Source: an uncultured Acidimicrobiales bacterium (GTDB taxonomy: Bacteria > Actinomycetota > Acidimicrobiia > Acidimicrobiales > SHLQ01). Taken from it: 64,000 bases of DNA. Under the pieces are notes generated by a model. The model was not told where the DNA came from. It worked only from the letters and a program-made list of their open reading frames with translations, and ran no database searches. Shown piece by piece: positions 51,920-61,884 of the stretch. Position 1 is the first letter of the stretch. Each line of letters starts with the position of its first letter. Location of the stretch: NCBI GenBank assembly GCA_937969345.1, contig CALBVK010000246.1:463-64462 (forward strand), in the 5' to 3' direction. Made by a program: the position numbers and the translations under genes.

Positions 51920-52987
51920 TCAGACACCAGTTGTGAGGAGCTCTTCGAGCGCCTGATACGTCATCACCAAGGGCACCTCATTGAGGTGCTCTTGTTGCGT
52001 GTGGGCCAGAGTTGGTTCGCCCGGCCCGAAGTTCACCGCCGGGATCCCTTGTTCGGCAAAGAACGCAACGTCGGTCCACCCGAGCTTGGCACGAACCAAG
52101 ATGTCGTTTCGACCAATAAACGACGCCATGAGCGGATGGCGCAGGTCCGGCATCGCGGCAGGGCTCATGTCGGTGAGTTCGAACGTGTCCCCGTCACGCA
52201 TATATGGGGCAAGCACGGATCGAACGAACGCTTCGGCTTCATGTGGCGAGCGGTCGGGGGCGAAACGATGGTTCACCGTCACGGTTACCGCGTCGGGAAC
52301 CACGTTGCCGGCGACACCACCTTCGATAAACACCGCCTGCATGGCTTCACGGAACTCGCATCCGTCGATGACGGGCGTGCGATGTTCATACGCCTCCAGA
52401 GCGCTCAGCAGCGCTCCCACCCGATGAATGGCATTACTCCCCATCCACGGACGAGCGGTATGGGCACGGGCGCCGCGCAAGGTGATTCGAGCGCGCATGG
52501 TTCCCTGACAGCCCGCCTCGACGACCGCGTCAGTGGGCTCGCCGAGAATCGCAACGTCTGCAGCCAACAACTTGGGAACATCGCGGAACAGCTCGCGTAG
52601 GCCATTGTGTTCGACCGCAACTTCTTCGCGAGCATAAAAGACATAGGTGACATCGACCGCTGGTTCGGTGACCGTACGGGCGAGTTCGAGCATGACGGCC
52701 AAGCCGCCCTTCATGTCGGATGCGCCAAGACCATGCAACACGTCGCCATCGATCCGCGCCGTTGCGTTGTCGTTCACCGGGACCGTATCGAGGTGTCCTC
52801 CAATGGCGAGCCGGTACTGACGGCCGAGCATTGTGCGTGCAACGACGTTGTCCCCCACCCGCGTGACCTCGAGGCCCGGGACCGCCCGAAGTTCAGCCTC
52901 GAACCAATCGGCGATCGGCCCTTCGTTGAAGCTCACCGACGGCATGTCGATGAGATCGGCGGTCAGGTGCAGCAGAGGGTGTGCCAT
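51920..52987 (-). CDS. dapE: Succinyl-diaminopimelate desuccinylase (M20 family)
   Basis: The actinobacterial DapE-like N-terminus HLTADLIDMPSVSFNEGPIADWFEAEL...VTRVGDNVVART, metal ligands GHLDTV and GASDMKGG, and a C-terminal PAVNFGPG. ATG 52987 (TTG 52993 also possible). Confidence 0.82.
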   Translation of the reverse strand: MAHPLLHLTADLIDMPSVSFNEGPIADWFEAELRAVPGLEVTRVGDNVVARTMLGRQYRLAIGGHLDTVPVNDNATARIDGDVLHGLGASDMKGGLAVMLELARTVTEPAVDVTYVFYAREEVAVEHNGLRELFRDVPKLLAADVAILGEPTDAVVEAGCQGTMRARITLRGARAHTARPWMGSNAIHRVGALLSALEAYEHRTPVIDGCEFREAMQAVFIEGGVAGNVVPDAVTVTVNHRFAPDRSPHEAEAFVRSVLAPYMRDGDTFELTDMSPAAMPDLRHPLMASFIGRNDILVRAKLGWTDVAFFAEQGIPAVNFGPGEPTLAHTQQEHLNEVPLVMTYQALEELLTTGV

Positions 52988-53033
52988 TGCCAAAGACTAA
53001 CGCTAGCGAAGGGGCACCGACGGCTCCGGAACG

Positions 53034-54140
53034 CTACGAGCTAAGGCGTTCGGCTGCGAGTGCGATCGCTTCGATTGGCTGTACGACGGCAACGCGCACG
53101 TGGCCAGCTCCCGGGGAGCCATAGAACTCACCAGGCGAGACGATGACGCCAGCGTCCTCGGCGAGGCGTCGGGTAAGAGCCCATGCGTCCCCATCGGGAG
53201 CCTTTGCCCAAACGTAGAAGCCACCTTCTGGCATGTTCGCCTCGATGCCGAGCGAGGTGAACAACTCGACCATCGCCCGTAATCGGGCCTCGTAGAGCTC
53301 ACGCTGGGCAACGACATGGTCCTGGTCGCTGAATGCCACAACCGATGCGGCTTGGTTCGGGCCAGGCACCATGGCGCCGGTGTGTTTGCGAATCTCGGTA
53401 AGCCACCGCACGAGTTCGGGATCACCGGTGTAAAACCCAGCGCGGACGCCGGCGAGGTTCGACCGCTTCGACAGGCTGTGCACCGACAGAACACCGTCAA
53501 CACCAGACTGAAGGATGGTCTTCGGCGGGCCGTTCCAGGTGAACTCGATGTAGCACTCATCGCTGGCGATCGGAACGCCATGAGTGCGCCCCCATGCAGC
53601 AACGGCCGGCAAATCCTGCAGCGCACCAGCCGGGTTGCCGGGGCTGTCGACCCACAGCACGATGGCCCGCGCAATGTCGGCGGGATCGATCTGATCGAGC
53701 CGCAGACGCCAATGCTCATCTACGGGAACAGCGACGGAACGGCCGTGCGCCAGGTCGGCACCCATTGCGTAGCTCGGATACGACACTGCCGGGTACAGCA
53801 CGGTGTCCTTCGACGGATCTTTCAGCCGGAGCAGATGTGGCAGCCCAGCAACAAACTCTTTGAGTCCCATGGTCGCGCCGATCTGGGACGGCTCGATGGA
53901 AACCCCGAACTGGGTGTCGAGCCACGTCGATGCCGCCGTGCGGAAGTCGAGCGTCCCCGGTGACGGTGGATATCCGCGCTCGGCGTTCGAGGAGGACAAT
54001 GCCGCAACGACCGCTGGAGGCGGAGCGTCGAAGGGGGTTCCGATCGACATATCGATAGCTGCGCCGAACTTCTCGACGGCGAGCGATCGTAGCTCGTTGA
54101 GACGGTCGTATGGATACGGCGGAAGGTCAAACGCTTTCAC
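53034..54140 (-). CDS. dapC: Class I/II aminotransferase, succinyldiaminopimelate aminotransferase (DapC) type
   Basis: LPPYPYDRLNEL...AIDMSIGTPFDAPP N-terminus, with a PLP lysine context SLSKRSNLAGVRAGF. GTG 54140 chosen so as not to overlap hflX; the track ORF starts at 54245. Confidence 0.75.
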   Translation of the reverse strand: MKAFDLPPYPYDRLNELRSLAVEKFGAAIDMSIGTPFDAPPPAVVAALSSSNAERGYPPSPGTLDFRTAASTWLDTQFGVSIEPSQIGATMGLKEFVAGLPHLLRLKDPSKDTVLYPAVSYPSYAMGADLAHGRSVAVPVDEHWRLRLDQIDPADIARAIVLWVDSPGNPAGALQDLPAVAAWGRTHGVPIASDECYIEFTWNGPPKTILQSGVDGVLSVHSLSKRSNLAGVRAGFYTGDPELVRWLTEIRKHTGAMVPGPNQAASVVAFSDQDHVVAQRELYEARLRAMVELFTSLGIEANMPEGGFYVWAKAPDGDAWALTRRLAEDAGVIVSPGEFYGSPGAGHVRVAVVQPIEAIALAAERLSS

Positions 54141-54190
54141 GACATCGAGCCTATTCGGTTGATCCCGGTCGCCAGCGCCGACGGAGTCGA

Positions 54191-55606
54191 CTATTCCCAG
54201 GGTTCGGGGACTGCCTCTGGGACGGTATCGGGCCCCGATAGCCAATCTGCGAGCCGGCCTTTGGAGTCGGGGTCGAGCCGTGCGCGAACCGTGATCCCGT
54301 TCTCCCCGGCAAGTTCGGTGAGCACCTGACCCTCACGATGGATCTTTGCGAGCACGTCGCCCCGGTCGTAGGGGACCGTGAGCTCGACAAGTTCGGTCAT
54401 CGAGCGGAGGCGGTCACCGATTGCCTCGAGCAAGGCGTCGATACCAAGTCCCTCTTGTGCCGAAACAGCCACCGACCCGGGGTAGCGCAGCTGCATACCA
54501 GCGACGTCGGGTTCGATATCGATCTTGTTGAAGACCATTACTTCGGGTACATCGTTGGCACCGATGGCCTGGAGCGTCCGTCGGACCGCGTCGATGTTGC
54601 CTTGGATATCTGGCGCGGACGCATCGACGACGTGGAGGAGCAGGTCGGCATCGATTACCACGTCGAGGGTGCTCTTGAACGCCTCGACGAGTTGGGTCGG
54701 CAGTTTGCGTACAAACCCAACCGTGTCCGTGAGAAAGATCATCTCGCCGCCCGGCATCGACAGTTTTCGCGTCGTGGCATCGAGCGTGGCGAACAGGCGG
54801 TCTTCGGCGAGCACACCAGCATCGGTTAGCCGATTGAGCACTGAGGACTTGCCGGCGTTTGTGTAGCCGACCAACGCAACACGACGGTTCGACGTGCGCT
54901 TGCGCGCCTTGGACTGGACGTCGCGATTCTTTGCGAGCTTTCGCAGATCGTCTTCGAGCTTGTGCACCCGTCGGACGAGTCGTCGGCGATCGACTTCGAG
55001 CTGGGTCTCACCTGGACCTCGGGTGCCGATACCTCCACCTTGCTGAGAGAACGTGCGAGCCGAGCTCCGCAGGCGCGGAAGTCGGTACTTGAGTTGGGCC
55101 AGTTCGACTTGGGCTTTGCCTTCGGTGCTCGATGCGTTCTGCGCGAAAATGTCGAGGATCACCGCGGTCCGGTCGAGCGCCGAACGTCCGAGGAGTTTCT
55201 CGAGGTTGCCTTGTTGGGCCGGCGACAGTTCGTCATCAAACACGACCGTGTCGGAGTCCGTGGCGAGCGACATGTCCTTGATCTCTTGGGCCTTACCCTT
55301 GCCAACGAACGTTGCGGGGTCCGGTGCTTGGCGGCGCTGATGGATCCGGCCGACCTCGTCTGCACCGGCGGTATCGACCAGCAGTGCGAGCTCGTCGAGC
55401 GACGCATCGGTTTCGTCAGCGCTGCCGTCGGGCATCGTCACGCCGACGAGAACAATTCGTTCCCGGAACGTTCGATCGATAAGACCCGATGACTCGCCAC
55501 CGTATTCGCCAAAGGCCCCTCGATGGTCGGAGGTGAAGTCGTTTGGGTTGATCTTGCCGGAACCTTCGTAGTCGTCACCCACGCGGAACCTCAACGCTTC
55601 CGACAA
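54191..55606 (-). CDS. hflX: GTPase HflX
   Basis: HflX N-terminal domain (AVILDIFAQNASSTEGKAQVELAQLKY) and G motifs LVGYTNAGKSSVLN, DTVGF and NKID. Start TTG 55606 or GTG 55582. Confidence 0.92.
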   Translation of the reverse strand: MSEALRFRVGDDYEGSGKINPNDFTSDHRGAFGEYGGESSGLIDRTFRERIVLVGVTMPDGSADETDASLDELALLVDTAGADEVGRIHQRRQAPDPATFVGKGKAQEIKDMSLATDSDTVVFDDELSPAQQGNLEKLLGRSALDRTAVILDIFAQNASSTEGKAQVELAQLKYRLPRLRSSARTFSQQGGGIGTRGPGETQLEVDRRRLVRRVHKLEDDLRKLAKNRDVQSKARKRTSNRRVALVGYTNAGKSSVLNRLTDAGVLAEDRLFATLDATTRKLSMPGGEMIFLTDTVGFVRKLPTQLVEAFKSTLDVVIDADLLLHVVDASAPDIQGNIDAVRRTLQAIGANDVPEVMVFNKIDIEPDVAGMQLRYPGSVAVSAQEGLGIDALLEAIGDRLRSMTELVELTVPYDRGDVLAKIHREGQVLTELAGENGITVRARLDPDSKGRLADWLSGPDTVPEAVPEPWE

Positions 55607-56387
55607 AGGTGGCCGTACCGCTCAACACCGCAGTGGGCCGATCCGGTGTCGCGACATCGACAATGGCCGAACCGCCTGGCATGGAGACGCTCACACGCTC
55701 CCCTGCAGCGCCCCAGTCGTGCATACGTTGAGCGGAAACCGTTGCTCCTGAGCCGCATGCTTGGGTGATACCAGCGCCTCGCTCCCAGACGCGCAAGAGC
55801 ACCTCATCGGGACCTCCCGAGCGTACGAAATGGGCGTTCACGCCGTGCGGGAAGTGTGCTTCGATCTGTGGGCCCACATGGGCGAGATCGACCGAACTCG
55901 GATCGTCGATGTCGATGACCACGTGGGGGTTCCCAACCGCACCGATAGCCCAGCGATTCACGCCGTCAAGGCCGTCGATACCGGCCAGGAAGTCGTCGGA
56001 GTCGGGGGCGTCACCAGCGGTGACCTCTCCCATGTCCGTGGAGGCAAAGGCGACCGTGGGATCGTTGGTACTTTCCAGCTCGCAAGCTCGCACACCGGCG
56101 AGCGTGTCGATGTCTATCTGCAACGACGTGACACTGCGACGCATGGCAACTGCTTGTACGAAACAACGAAGCCCGTTACCGGAGATTTCGGCGGACGAAC
56201 CGTCGTTGTTGAACAAACGCATGACGGGGTTCGCTCCCGTATCGATACCGAAGATCAAACCATCGGCGCCAATACCGATGCGCCGATCACACAGCTCGAT
56301 CGCGAGCGCGGGCGCGTCCGATGGCACCTCGTCGACAAAGGTGACGAGAAAATCGTTTCCGAGACCGTGGTGTTTCGTCAGGTGCAT
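55575..56387 (-). CDS. dapF: Diaminopimelate epimerase
   Basis: From ATG 56387 (GGAGG upstream): MHLTKHHGLGNDFLV. Catalytic Cys contexts SGNGLRCF and ITQACGSGA. Confidence 0.9.
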   Translation of the reverse strand: MHLTKHHGLGNDFLVTFVDEVPSDAPALAIELCDRRIGIGADGLIFGIDTGANPVMRLFNNDGSSAEISGNGLRCFVQAVAMRRSVTSLQIDIDTLAGVRACELESTNDPTVAFASTDMGEVTAGDAPDSDDFLAGIDGLDGVNRWAIGAVGNPHVVIDIDDPSSVDLAHVGPQIEAHFPHGVNAHFVRSGGPDEVLLRVWERGAGITQACGSGATVSAQRMHDWGAAGERVSVSMPGGSAIVDVATPDRPTAVLSGTATFVGSVEVPRG

Positions 56388-56397
56388 GCGGCCTCCA

Positions 56398-57366
56398 TTA
56401 TGGACACGGTTCGTCGCTTTCGACGATCGCGACGGCGCGTGCGACAGCTTCGTCGTGCGAGACGCGCCCTGAGCGGTCGATATCGATCCATTCGATCCGA
56501 GGGTCACGCACGAACCATTTCATCTGTCGTCGAGCAAACCGACGGGTTCGCACACGTGCTGTCTCGAGTGCGTCGTCGAGAGAAGTGTCGTCTTCGATAT
56601 GGGCAAGCAGCTCCCGATAGCCGAGCGCTTGACGTGCGGTCTTGCCGATCGGACGTTCCCGCTCGACGAGTGAACGGACTTCCTCGAGAAAGCCCTGCTC
56701 CATCTGGACGTCGTACCGTGCGTTGATCCGGTCGATCATGCGGTCTCTGTCGAGGCGAAGTCCGAGCAACCGAAACGACACTTCGGGATAGTCCTCCATG
56801 CCCGGACCAAACGACGAGAACGGACGCCCTGAACCAATCGTGACCTCGAGAGCTCGAAGGAGTCGCCTATCGTTATTGGCGTCCATTCGCGAGGCGGCCA
56901 ACGGATCGAGTCGGACGAGTTCGTCGTACAGCGCTGGTAGCTCATCGATTCGTTCGTCGAGAGCGGCGCGCACCTCGGGATACCGGCCCGGCAGCTCCAG
57001 GGCATCGATCACCGAGCGAAGATAGAGGCCGGTTCCACCCACCAGAATTGGAATCGCACCGCGGTCTGCAATGTCGGTAGCGACACGACGCCATTCGTCT
57101 TGAAACATCGATACCGCAAAGTCGTCTGCAGGGTCCGAGAGGTCGATGAGGTGATGACGCACCTCGGCTTGCTCTTCCGCCGAGGGCTTTGCGGTCCCGA
57201 TGTTCATGTCTCGATAGACCTGCATCGAGTCGATCGAGACCAACTCGACGTTGTCGACATGGCGCGCCACCGCCATGGCCACACCCGATTTGCCCGACGC
57301 TGTTGGCCCAAGAATGCACAGTGGCGGTGCCGCAAAACGCTCGGCGACAGCGACCGATCGTGTCAT
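56398..57366 (-). CDS. miaA: tRNA dimethylallyltransferase
   Basis: P-loop ILGPTASGKS, IDSMQVYRDMNIGTAKP, and GGTGLYLRS. ATG 57366 overlaps the upstream stop (ATGA). Confidence 0.92.
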   Translation of the reverse strand: MTRSVAVAERFAAPPLCILGPTASGKSGVAMAVARHVDNVELVSIDSMQVYRDMNIGTAKPSAEEQAEVRHHLIDLSDPADDFAVSMFQDEWRRVATDIADRGAIPILVGGTGLYLRSVIDALELPGRYPEVRAALDERIDELPALYDELVRLDPLAASRMDANNDRRLLRALEVTIGSGRPFSSFGPGMEDYPEVSFRLLGLRLDRDRMIDRINARYDVQMEQGFLEEVRSLVERERPIGKTARQALGYRELLAHIEDDTSLDDALETARVRTRRFARRQMKWFVRDPRIEWIDIDRSGRVSHDEAVARAVAIVESDEPCP

Positions 57367-57920
57367 CGGAATGCGGCAACCACGCCGTACCAATCGAGGG
57401 TTGGGCCGTGGGGCAACGCTCCGCCCGCTTCGACATATCCATCGAGAAAGGTGGCTGCGACCTCTGAGGTGAAGGTCTCTGCGATCGACCGGATTGCGAT
57501 CGAGAGGTCCCGTTCGGCGGGATCGAGCCCTGCTGTGCCAGCAGGCTCAAAGGTCACCACCGAGTCGACGAGCACCGCGGCTGAAACGATCGGAGCACCA
57601 TGTGTCAAGACCGCCGTCGAGAGATCCGGCCGGTTGGCGAGCATTGACCGAAGCGTCTCTGGACGGACCCGATCAAACGGTGCTGGCGGCAGCTCACCTC
57701 GTTCGACCATGGCAACGGCGGCGAGCGCCTCGTCGTTGGTCCGTCCAGTCAGCCCAACCGGGGGTTCGGTGAGATGAAGCGTCGCTAGAGCGCGTCCCAT
57801 AGCGCGTGCGACAGGGAGTGGATTTTGGGCGAACTGGGCATCGGTTGCACGTCCGTTGAGACGCAACCGTTCGAGATCATCCGGCAATGACTGGGATCTT
57901 TGTTCGAACGCGAGGGCCAC
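57363..57920 (-). CDS. Hypothetical Ala/Val-rich protein (position of Rv2728c between miaB-side genes and miaA)
   Basis: 185-aa ORF translationally coupled to miaA. No catalytic motif recognised. Its 5' end overlaps the miaB 3' end by 44 nt, so the true start may be later. Confidence 0.5.
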   Translation of the reverse strand: MALAFEQRSQSLPDDLERLRLNGRATDAQFAQNPLPVARAMGRALATLHLTEPPVGLTGRTNDEALAAVAMVERGELPPAPFDRVRPETLRSMLANRPDLSTAVLTHGAPIVSAAVLVDSVVTFEPAGTAGLDPAERDLSIAIRSIAETFTSEVAATFLDGYVEAGGALPHGPTLDWYGVVAAFR

Positions 57921-59340
57921 GCAGCACTTCGCGGAGTTCGCCGAGCATGTAGAACGGCTTCGCTTCGGTGACCTCGACCATCGCGAGCGCTCCCGCTTTA
58001 AGGTCTCCCTCGAAGTGCAGCAGCTTGTTCTGGCGCGTGCGCCCCGAGATCACACCCGGGTTGCGCTTGGAAGGACCTTCGACGACGACCTCTTCGAGGC
58101 GGCCTATTCGAGCAGTTGTTTTCTTCAACGCGGACCGTTCGATCACCCGATGCAGGCGCTCCATACGTTCCTTCGTGACCGCCTTTGGAATGAAGTCATC
58201 GACCATCTCGGCGGCCTCGGTGCCTTCTCGAGCAGAGAAGACAAACGTGTACGCCAAGTCGTATTGGGCCTCCGCTGCTACTTCGAGGGTCTTCACAAAA
58301 TCCGCCTCGGTCTCTCCGGGGAACCCAATGATGATGTCGGTGCTCACCGCGAGGTCGTCGATACCGGCATAGGCAGCATGTAGACGTTCGAGGTACCGCT
58401 CTGCGGTATAGCCACGATGCATCCGCTTGAGAATTTCGTCGCTACCCGACTGCAGCGGGAAGTGCAGATGGTTGCAGACGGTGTCGACCTCGGCCATGGC
58501 CGCAATCGTGTCCTCGCGCAGATCCTTTGGGTGAGGGCTCGTGAACCGAACTCGTTCGATCCCCTCGACCGCTCCGGTGGCTCGCATGAGGTCGGCGAAG
58601 AGCGGCCGTCCACGGCGACGCCCGGTCTGTGTCCACAGCTCCCCCGCTTCGTGGACATCGAAGTCTTCTGGGTCGCGACCGCCAAGCTTTAGTGTGATGT
58701 CACGACCGTAGCTATTGACGTTCTGGCCAAGCAGTGTGATCTCGGCGACTCCATCTTTGGCCAGGTGCTCTACTTCTCGGACGAGATCACCAAACGGACG
58801 CGAGATTTCGGGGCCACGGACCGACGGCACAATGCAGAAGGCGCAGCTGTTGTCGCAGCCGATCTGAATCGTGACCCATGCCGCGTAGTCGACCTCCCGC
58901 TTTTCGGGGAGCGCTGACGGAAACGCAGCATGTTCGGCGTCGACGGCGGCTTCGAGGATCTCAACGATCTGGCCGTGCTCACGGCTCTCAGCCAGCAATT
59001 CGGCAGCTCGATGTACGTTGTGCGTGCCAAAGACAACGTCGACGTGTCCAGCCTTCTCGGCAACCAAGTCTTTGTCTTTTTGTGCGAGGCACCCACCGAC
59101 GGCAATCTGCATTCCGGGGCGCTTGGCCTTTTCGGCTTTGAGGTCGCCGAGAGCGCTGTAGAGCTTGTTGTCGGCGTTTTCACGAATGCAACAGGTGTTG
59201 AGCATCACGACATCGGCCTCGGCCACGTCGGTCGTTGCTTCATATCCCTCGGACTCGAGCAAGCCCGCAATCCGTTCGGAGTCGTGTTCGTTCATCTGGC
59301 ACCCGTAAGTGCGGAGGAGATACTTGCCGGTCACGCCCAC
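57877..59340 (-). CDS. miaB: tRNA-2-methylthio-N6-dimethylallyladenosine synthase (radical SAM methylthiotransferase)
   Basis: UPF0004 N-terminal Cys pattern (TYGCQMN ... NTCCIRE), the radical-SAM CxxxCxxC (IGCDNSCAFCIVP), and a C-terminal TRAM domain. Confidence 0.95.
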   Translation of the reverse strand: MGVTGKYLLRTYGCQMNEHDSERIAGLLESEGYEATTDVAEADVVMLNTCCIRENADNKLYSALGDLKAEKAKRPGMQIAVGGCLAQKDKDLVAEKAGHVDVVFGTHNVHRAAELLAESREHGQIVEILEAAVDAEHAAFPSALPEKREVDYAAWVTIQIGCDNSCAFCIVPSVRGPEISRPFGDLVREVEHLAKDGVAEITLLGQNVNSYGRDITLKLGGRDPEDFDVHEAGELWTQTGRRRGRPLFADLMRATGAVEGIERVRFTSPHPKDLREDTIAAMAEVDTVCNHLHFPLQSGSDEILKRMHRGYTAERYLERLHAAYAGIDDLAVSTDIIIGFPGETEADFVKTLEVAAEAQYDLAYTFVFSAREGTEAAEMVDDFIPKAVTKERMERLHRVIERSALKKTTARIGRLEEVVVEGPSKRNPGVISGRTRQNKLLHFEGDLKAGALAMVEVTEAKPFYMLGELREVLRGPRVRTKIPVIAG

Positions 59341-59374
59341 AGTCTAGAAGGCGGATTCGCCGTGCTGCTCGTGT

Positions 59375-59419
59375 GCAAAACGCACCAGACGCCCGTCACG
59401 ATTCGTGGCAGGCGTCTGG
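59375..59419 (-). terminator. Intrinsic terminator after the PH-domain gene
   Basis: The minus-strand RNA is CCAGACGCC-UGC-CACG-AAU-CGUG-ACG-GGCGUCUGG followed by UGCGUUUUGC. Confidence 0.6.
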
Positions 59420-59465
59420 CGTTTGGAGGGGATAGATGTGATCCGACCGTAGGCCGAGCCACGTG

Positions 59466-60224
59466 CTACCTTCCTATCCTTCGGACCGGCCTCACGTCAA
59501 TAAAGTTTTTCAGGTCGATCTCGGCCGGTTTCGTCGCAAGGCGCACCGCAAGGCGATGGAAGGTTCGCGGTTCGACCAAGAAGTTGACGTTGGCGAGCGA
59601 CTGGTCTTGGCCCGCCGATTCGATCCGTAAGTTGCCGTACCCGAAGGCCTCGCCTGCGGTCGTGCGATCGAGGACTAGATCGGTCACCCTCGTCACGGGC
59701 ATGGACGCCACACGCAGACCAAGGAATCCAGTGGCCTCAATAATTCGCCGGTTGGTGAGGTAGCGAACTTCGTACTTGTACCAACGCAAGATCTTCAGAC
59801 CGAAGCGGGCAATAAACCACAACCCCACGCTCGGCACGAGCACGATTGGGTCGAGCTGACTGGTCGCCATCACGTATGCCACGACGACGGCCGTTGCGAG
59901 CGCCGACCACCCCCAGTCGCGCGACTTGACCCAGCGCCACACCACGATGGCGGAGAGAACAACGAGCAGGAGCCCAACGTTGAGGCCCTCGTACTCTGGG
60001 CGAGCGAGGATCGTCGTCACTACGACCAAAACGGCGAGCGTCTCCACAAAGGGTTCAGCCAAACTCATGAGGTGCTTGGGAGCCTTGTAATACACAAGCT
60101 CATCGGCGATCAGCACGTCGACATCGCGCGGAGGCGCGAAGAGCAGACGTAGATGATCGCCAGTTGACGGCCTCTTGGCGATGTAGCCGGCCGCCGGGTG
60201 TTGACCCGGAACCGGATCGGTCAC
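59466..60224 (-). CDS. Membrane protein with bacterial PH (bPH_2/DUF304) domain
   Basis: Several TM helices, then YEVRYLTNRRIIEATGFLGLRVASMPVTRVTDLVLDRTTAGEAFGYGNLRIESAG, the typical bPH_2 pattern. Confidence 0.72.
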   Translation of the reverse strand: MTDPVPGQHPAAGYIAKRPSTGDHLRLLFAPPRDVDVLIADELVYYKAPKHLMSLAEPFVETLAVLVVVTTILARPEYEGLNVGLLLVVLSAIVVWRWVKSRDWGWSALATAVVVAYVMATSQLDPIVLVPSVGLWFIARFGLKILRWYKYEVRYLTNRRIIEATGFLGLRVASMPVTRVTDLVLDRTTAGEAFGYGNLRIESAGQDQSLANVNFLVEPRTFHRLAVRLATKPAEIDLKNFIDVRPVRRIGR

Positions 60225-60418
60225 AGCCCGATGACGCCCAACGCCTGTGTTACGGCACCGTCGCCGGCCAAGCCGCGCAAGAAGTCGAGCATGGCATTGC
60301 CAAGCCCGCCCACGATCGCGAGGAAGTCATTGCCACGTTGACCGGTCTCGGTCGCGTTTAGCGAGATCAAATACAACACAAACAACCCGAGCAACGGGTA
60401 GCCAAAACGTTTCGTCAT
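60221..60418 (-). CDS. Small membrane protein (65 aa)
   Basis: From ATG 60418 (GGAGG 7 nt upstream): MTKRFGYPLLGLFVLYLISL.... Its stop overlaps the downstream ATG. Confidence 0.55.
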   Translation of the reverse strand: MTKRFGYPLLGLFVLYLISLNATETGQRGNDFLAIVGGLGNAMLDFLRGLAGDGAVTQALGVIGL

Positions 60419-60585
60419 GATAGGTCCTCCAGGAATACCAAGAAGCCCTGCCAGAGGTCCTTTCGGACACCTAGCCTCCACTCGCCATTGATCACGCTAT
60501 CACCACTCATTCGCGCAGATGGTGCATTTGTTCGCGCGCTGCGTGTTACATCGATGTAATTTGCCTCGCAGATTTGTCAGTCACG

Positions 60586-60629
60586 ACAAAACGGCACAAG
60601 CCCGACCCCACGCTCGGTGGAGTCGGGCT
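60586..60629 (-). terminator. Intrinsic terminator after recA
   Basis: The minus-strand RNA is AGCCCGAC-U-CCAC-CGAGC-GUGG-G-GUCGGGCU followed by UGUGCCGUUUUGUCG. It begins 20 nt after the recA stop. Confidence 0.6.
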
Positions 60630-60648
60630 GGAGGGCCACTACTCCGCG

Positions 60649-61710
60649 TCAGTCTTCAAGAAGAATTGGCTCGTCGTCAGCCTCGGTGAAGCCTTCTTCA
60701 GAAATATCGATTGCTTCCTCTTCTTGCGGATCCGGCATCACCAGTTTGGTGACACGGTCGGTAATTTCGACCATGACCTCTGGGTTCTCCGTCAAGAAGT
60801 CCTTGGCCTTCTCTCGGCCCTGTCCAAGCTGTTCGCCCTCGTAGGTGTACCACGCACCGGATTTCTTAACCACGTCATGTTCGGCTGCGAGGTCGAGCAC
60901 AGACCCCTCTCGACTAATACCCACGCCGTACATGATGTCGAACTCTGCTTGGCGGAAGGGTGGCGCAACCTTGTTCTTGACGACCTTGACACGGGTGCGG
61001 TTACCAACAACCTCTGCACCCTGCTTGATCGATTCAATACGGCGGATGTCGAGACGTACCGACGAGTAGAACTTGAGTGCACGACCGCCAGGCGTGGTCT
61101 CGGGCGAACCGAACATGACGCCAATCTTCTCGCGCAACTGGTTGATGAAGATGCAGATCGTGTCGGTCTTGTTCAGGTTGGCGGTGAGCTTACGAAGCGC
61201 CTGGGACATCAGTCGAGCCTGAGCACCCACGTGGTGATCGCCCATATCGCCTTCGATCTCAGCCTTTGGCGTGAGCGCTGCAACCGAGTCGATAACGATG
61301 ACATCGAGTGCACCGGATCGAACGAGCATGTCGCAGATCTCGAGCGCTTGCTCACCGGTATCTGGCTGGGAGATCAGCAAGCTGTCGATGTCGACGCCGA
61401 TCGCCTTGGCATAGATCGGGTCCATGGCGTGCTCTGCGTCGATGTACGCACACGTTCCACCGTTGCGCTGCGCCTCGGCAACGACGTGGGTTGCAAGCGT
61501 CGACTTACCCGAGGACTCCGGACCGTAGATCTCGGTCACTCGACCACGAGGCAGGCCGCCTATGCCGAGGGCGAGATCCAATGCGAGTGCGCCGGTAGGA
61601 ACACTTCCGATTGCGAGCGAGCCCTTCTCGCCCATCCGCATGACGGATCCCTTACCGAACTGCTTCTCGATTTGGCCAAGTGCCATGTCGAGTGCCTTTT
61701 CACGCTCCAT
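60649..61710 (-). CDS. recA: Recombinase RecA
   Basis: From ATG 61710 (AGGAG upstream): [28 protein letters not shown], then the Walker [12 protein letters not shown], and [22 protein letters not shown] and [37 protein letters not shown]. No intein. Confidence 0.97.
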   Translation of the reverse strand: MEREKALDMALGQIEKQFGKGSVMRMGEKGSLAIGSVPTGALALDLALGIGGLPRGRVTEIYGPESSGKSTLATHVVAEAQRNGGTCAYIDAEHAMDPIYAKAIGVDIDSLLISQPDTGEQALEICDMLVRSGALDVIVIDSVAALTPKAEIEGDMGDHHVGAQARLMSQALRKLTANLNKTDTICIFINQLREKIGVMFGSPETTPGGRALKFYSSVRLDIRRIESIKQGAEVVGNRTRVKVVKNKVAPPFRQAEFDIMYGVGISREGSVLDLAAEHDVVKKSGAWYTYEGEQLGQGREKAKDFLTENPEVMVEITDRVTKLVMPDPQEEEAIDISEEGFTEADDEPILLED

Positions 61711-61725
61711 TTGGATTCTCCTTCG

Positions 61726-61792
61726 CTCGCCGTGGCGAGTTGTGATTGTGCTCGCCACCAGGCGAGATGTGATTGGTCTCGCTTCGAGCGAG
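61726..61792 (-). promoter_or_regulatory. Three tandem hairpin units in the recA 5' leader
   Basis: The mRNA sense is ...AUCAC-CUCGC-UCGAA-GCGAG-ACCAAUCACAU-CUCGCC-UGGU-GGCGAG-CACAAUCACAA-CUCGC-CACG-GCGAG-CGAAGGAGAAUCCAA-AUG. The period is about 26 nt, and each stem is preceded by AAUCAC(A). Confidence 0.7.
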
Positions 61793-61868
61793 GTGATAGC
61801 GCAAACCCTACGGATGGGGTGTGACACGATCCTGCGAACGCAATTTTCCTAACGACAGGAATGTAATT

Positions 61869-61884
61869 GCGAACAACTGTTCGG
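61869..61884. promoter_or_regulatory. SOS (LexA) box with perfect GAAC-N4-GTTC core
   Basis: GCGAACAACTGTTCGG lies between recA (ATG 61710) and the divergent gene starting at 61951. Confidence 0.75.
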
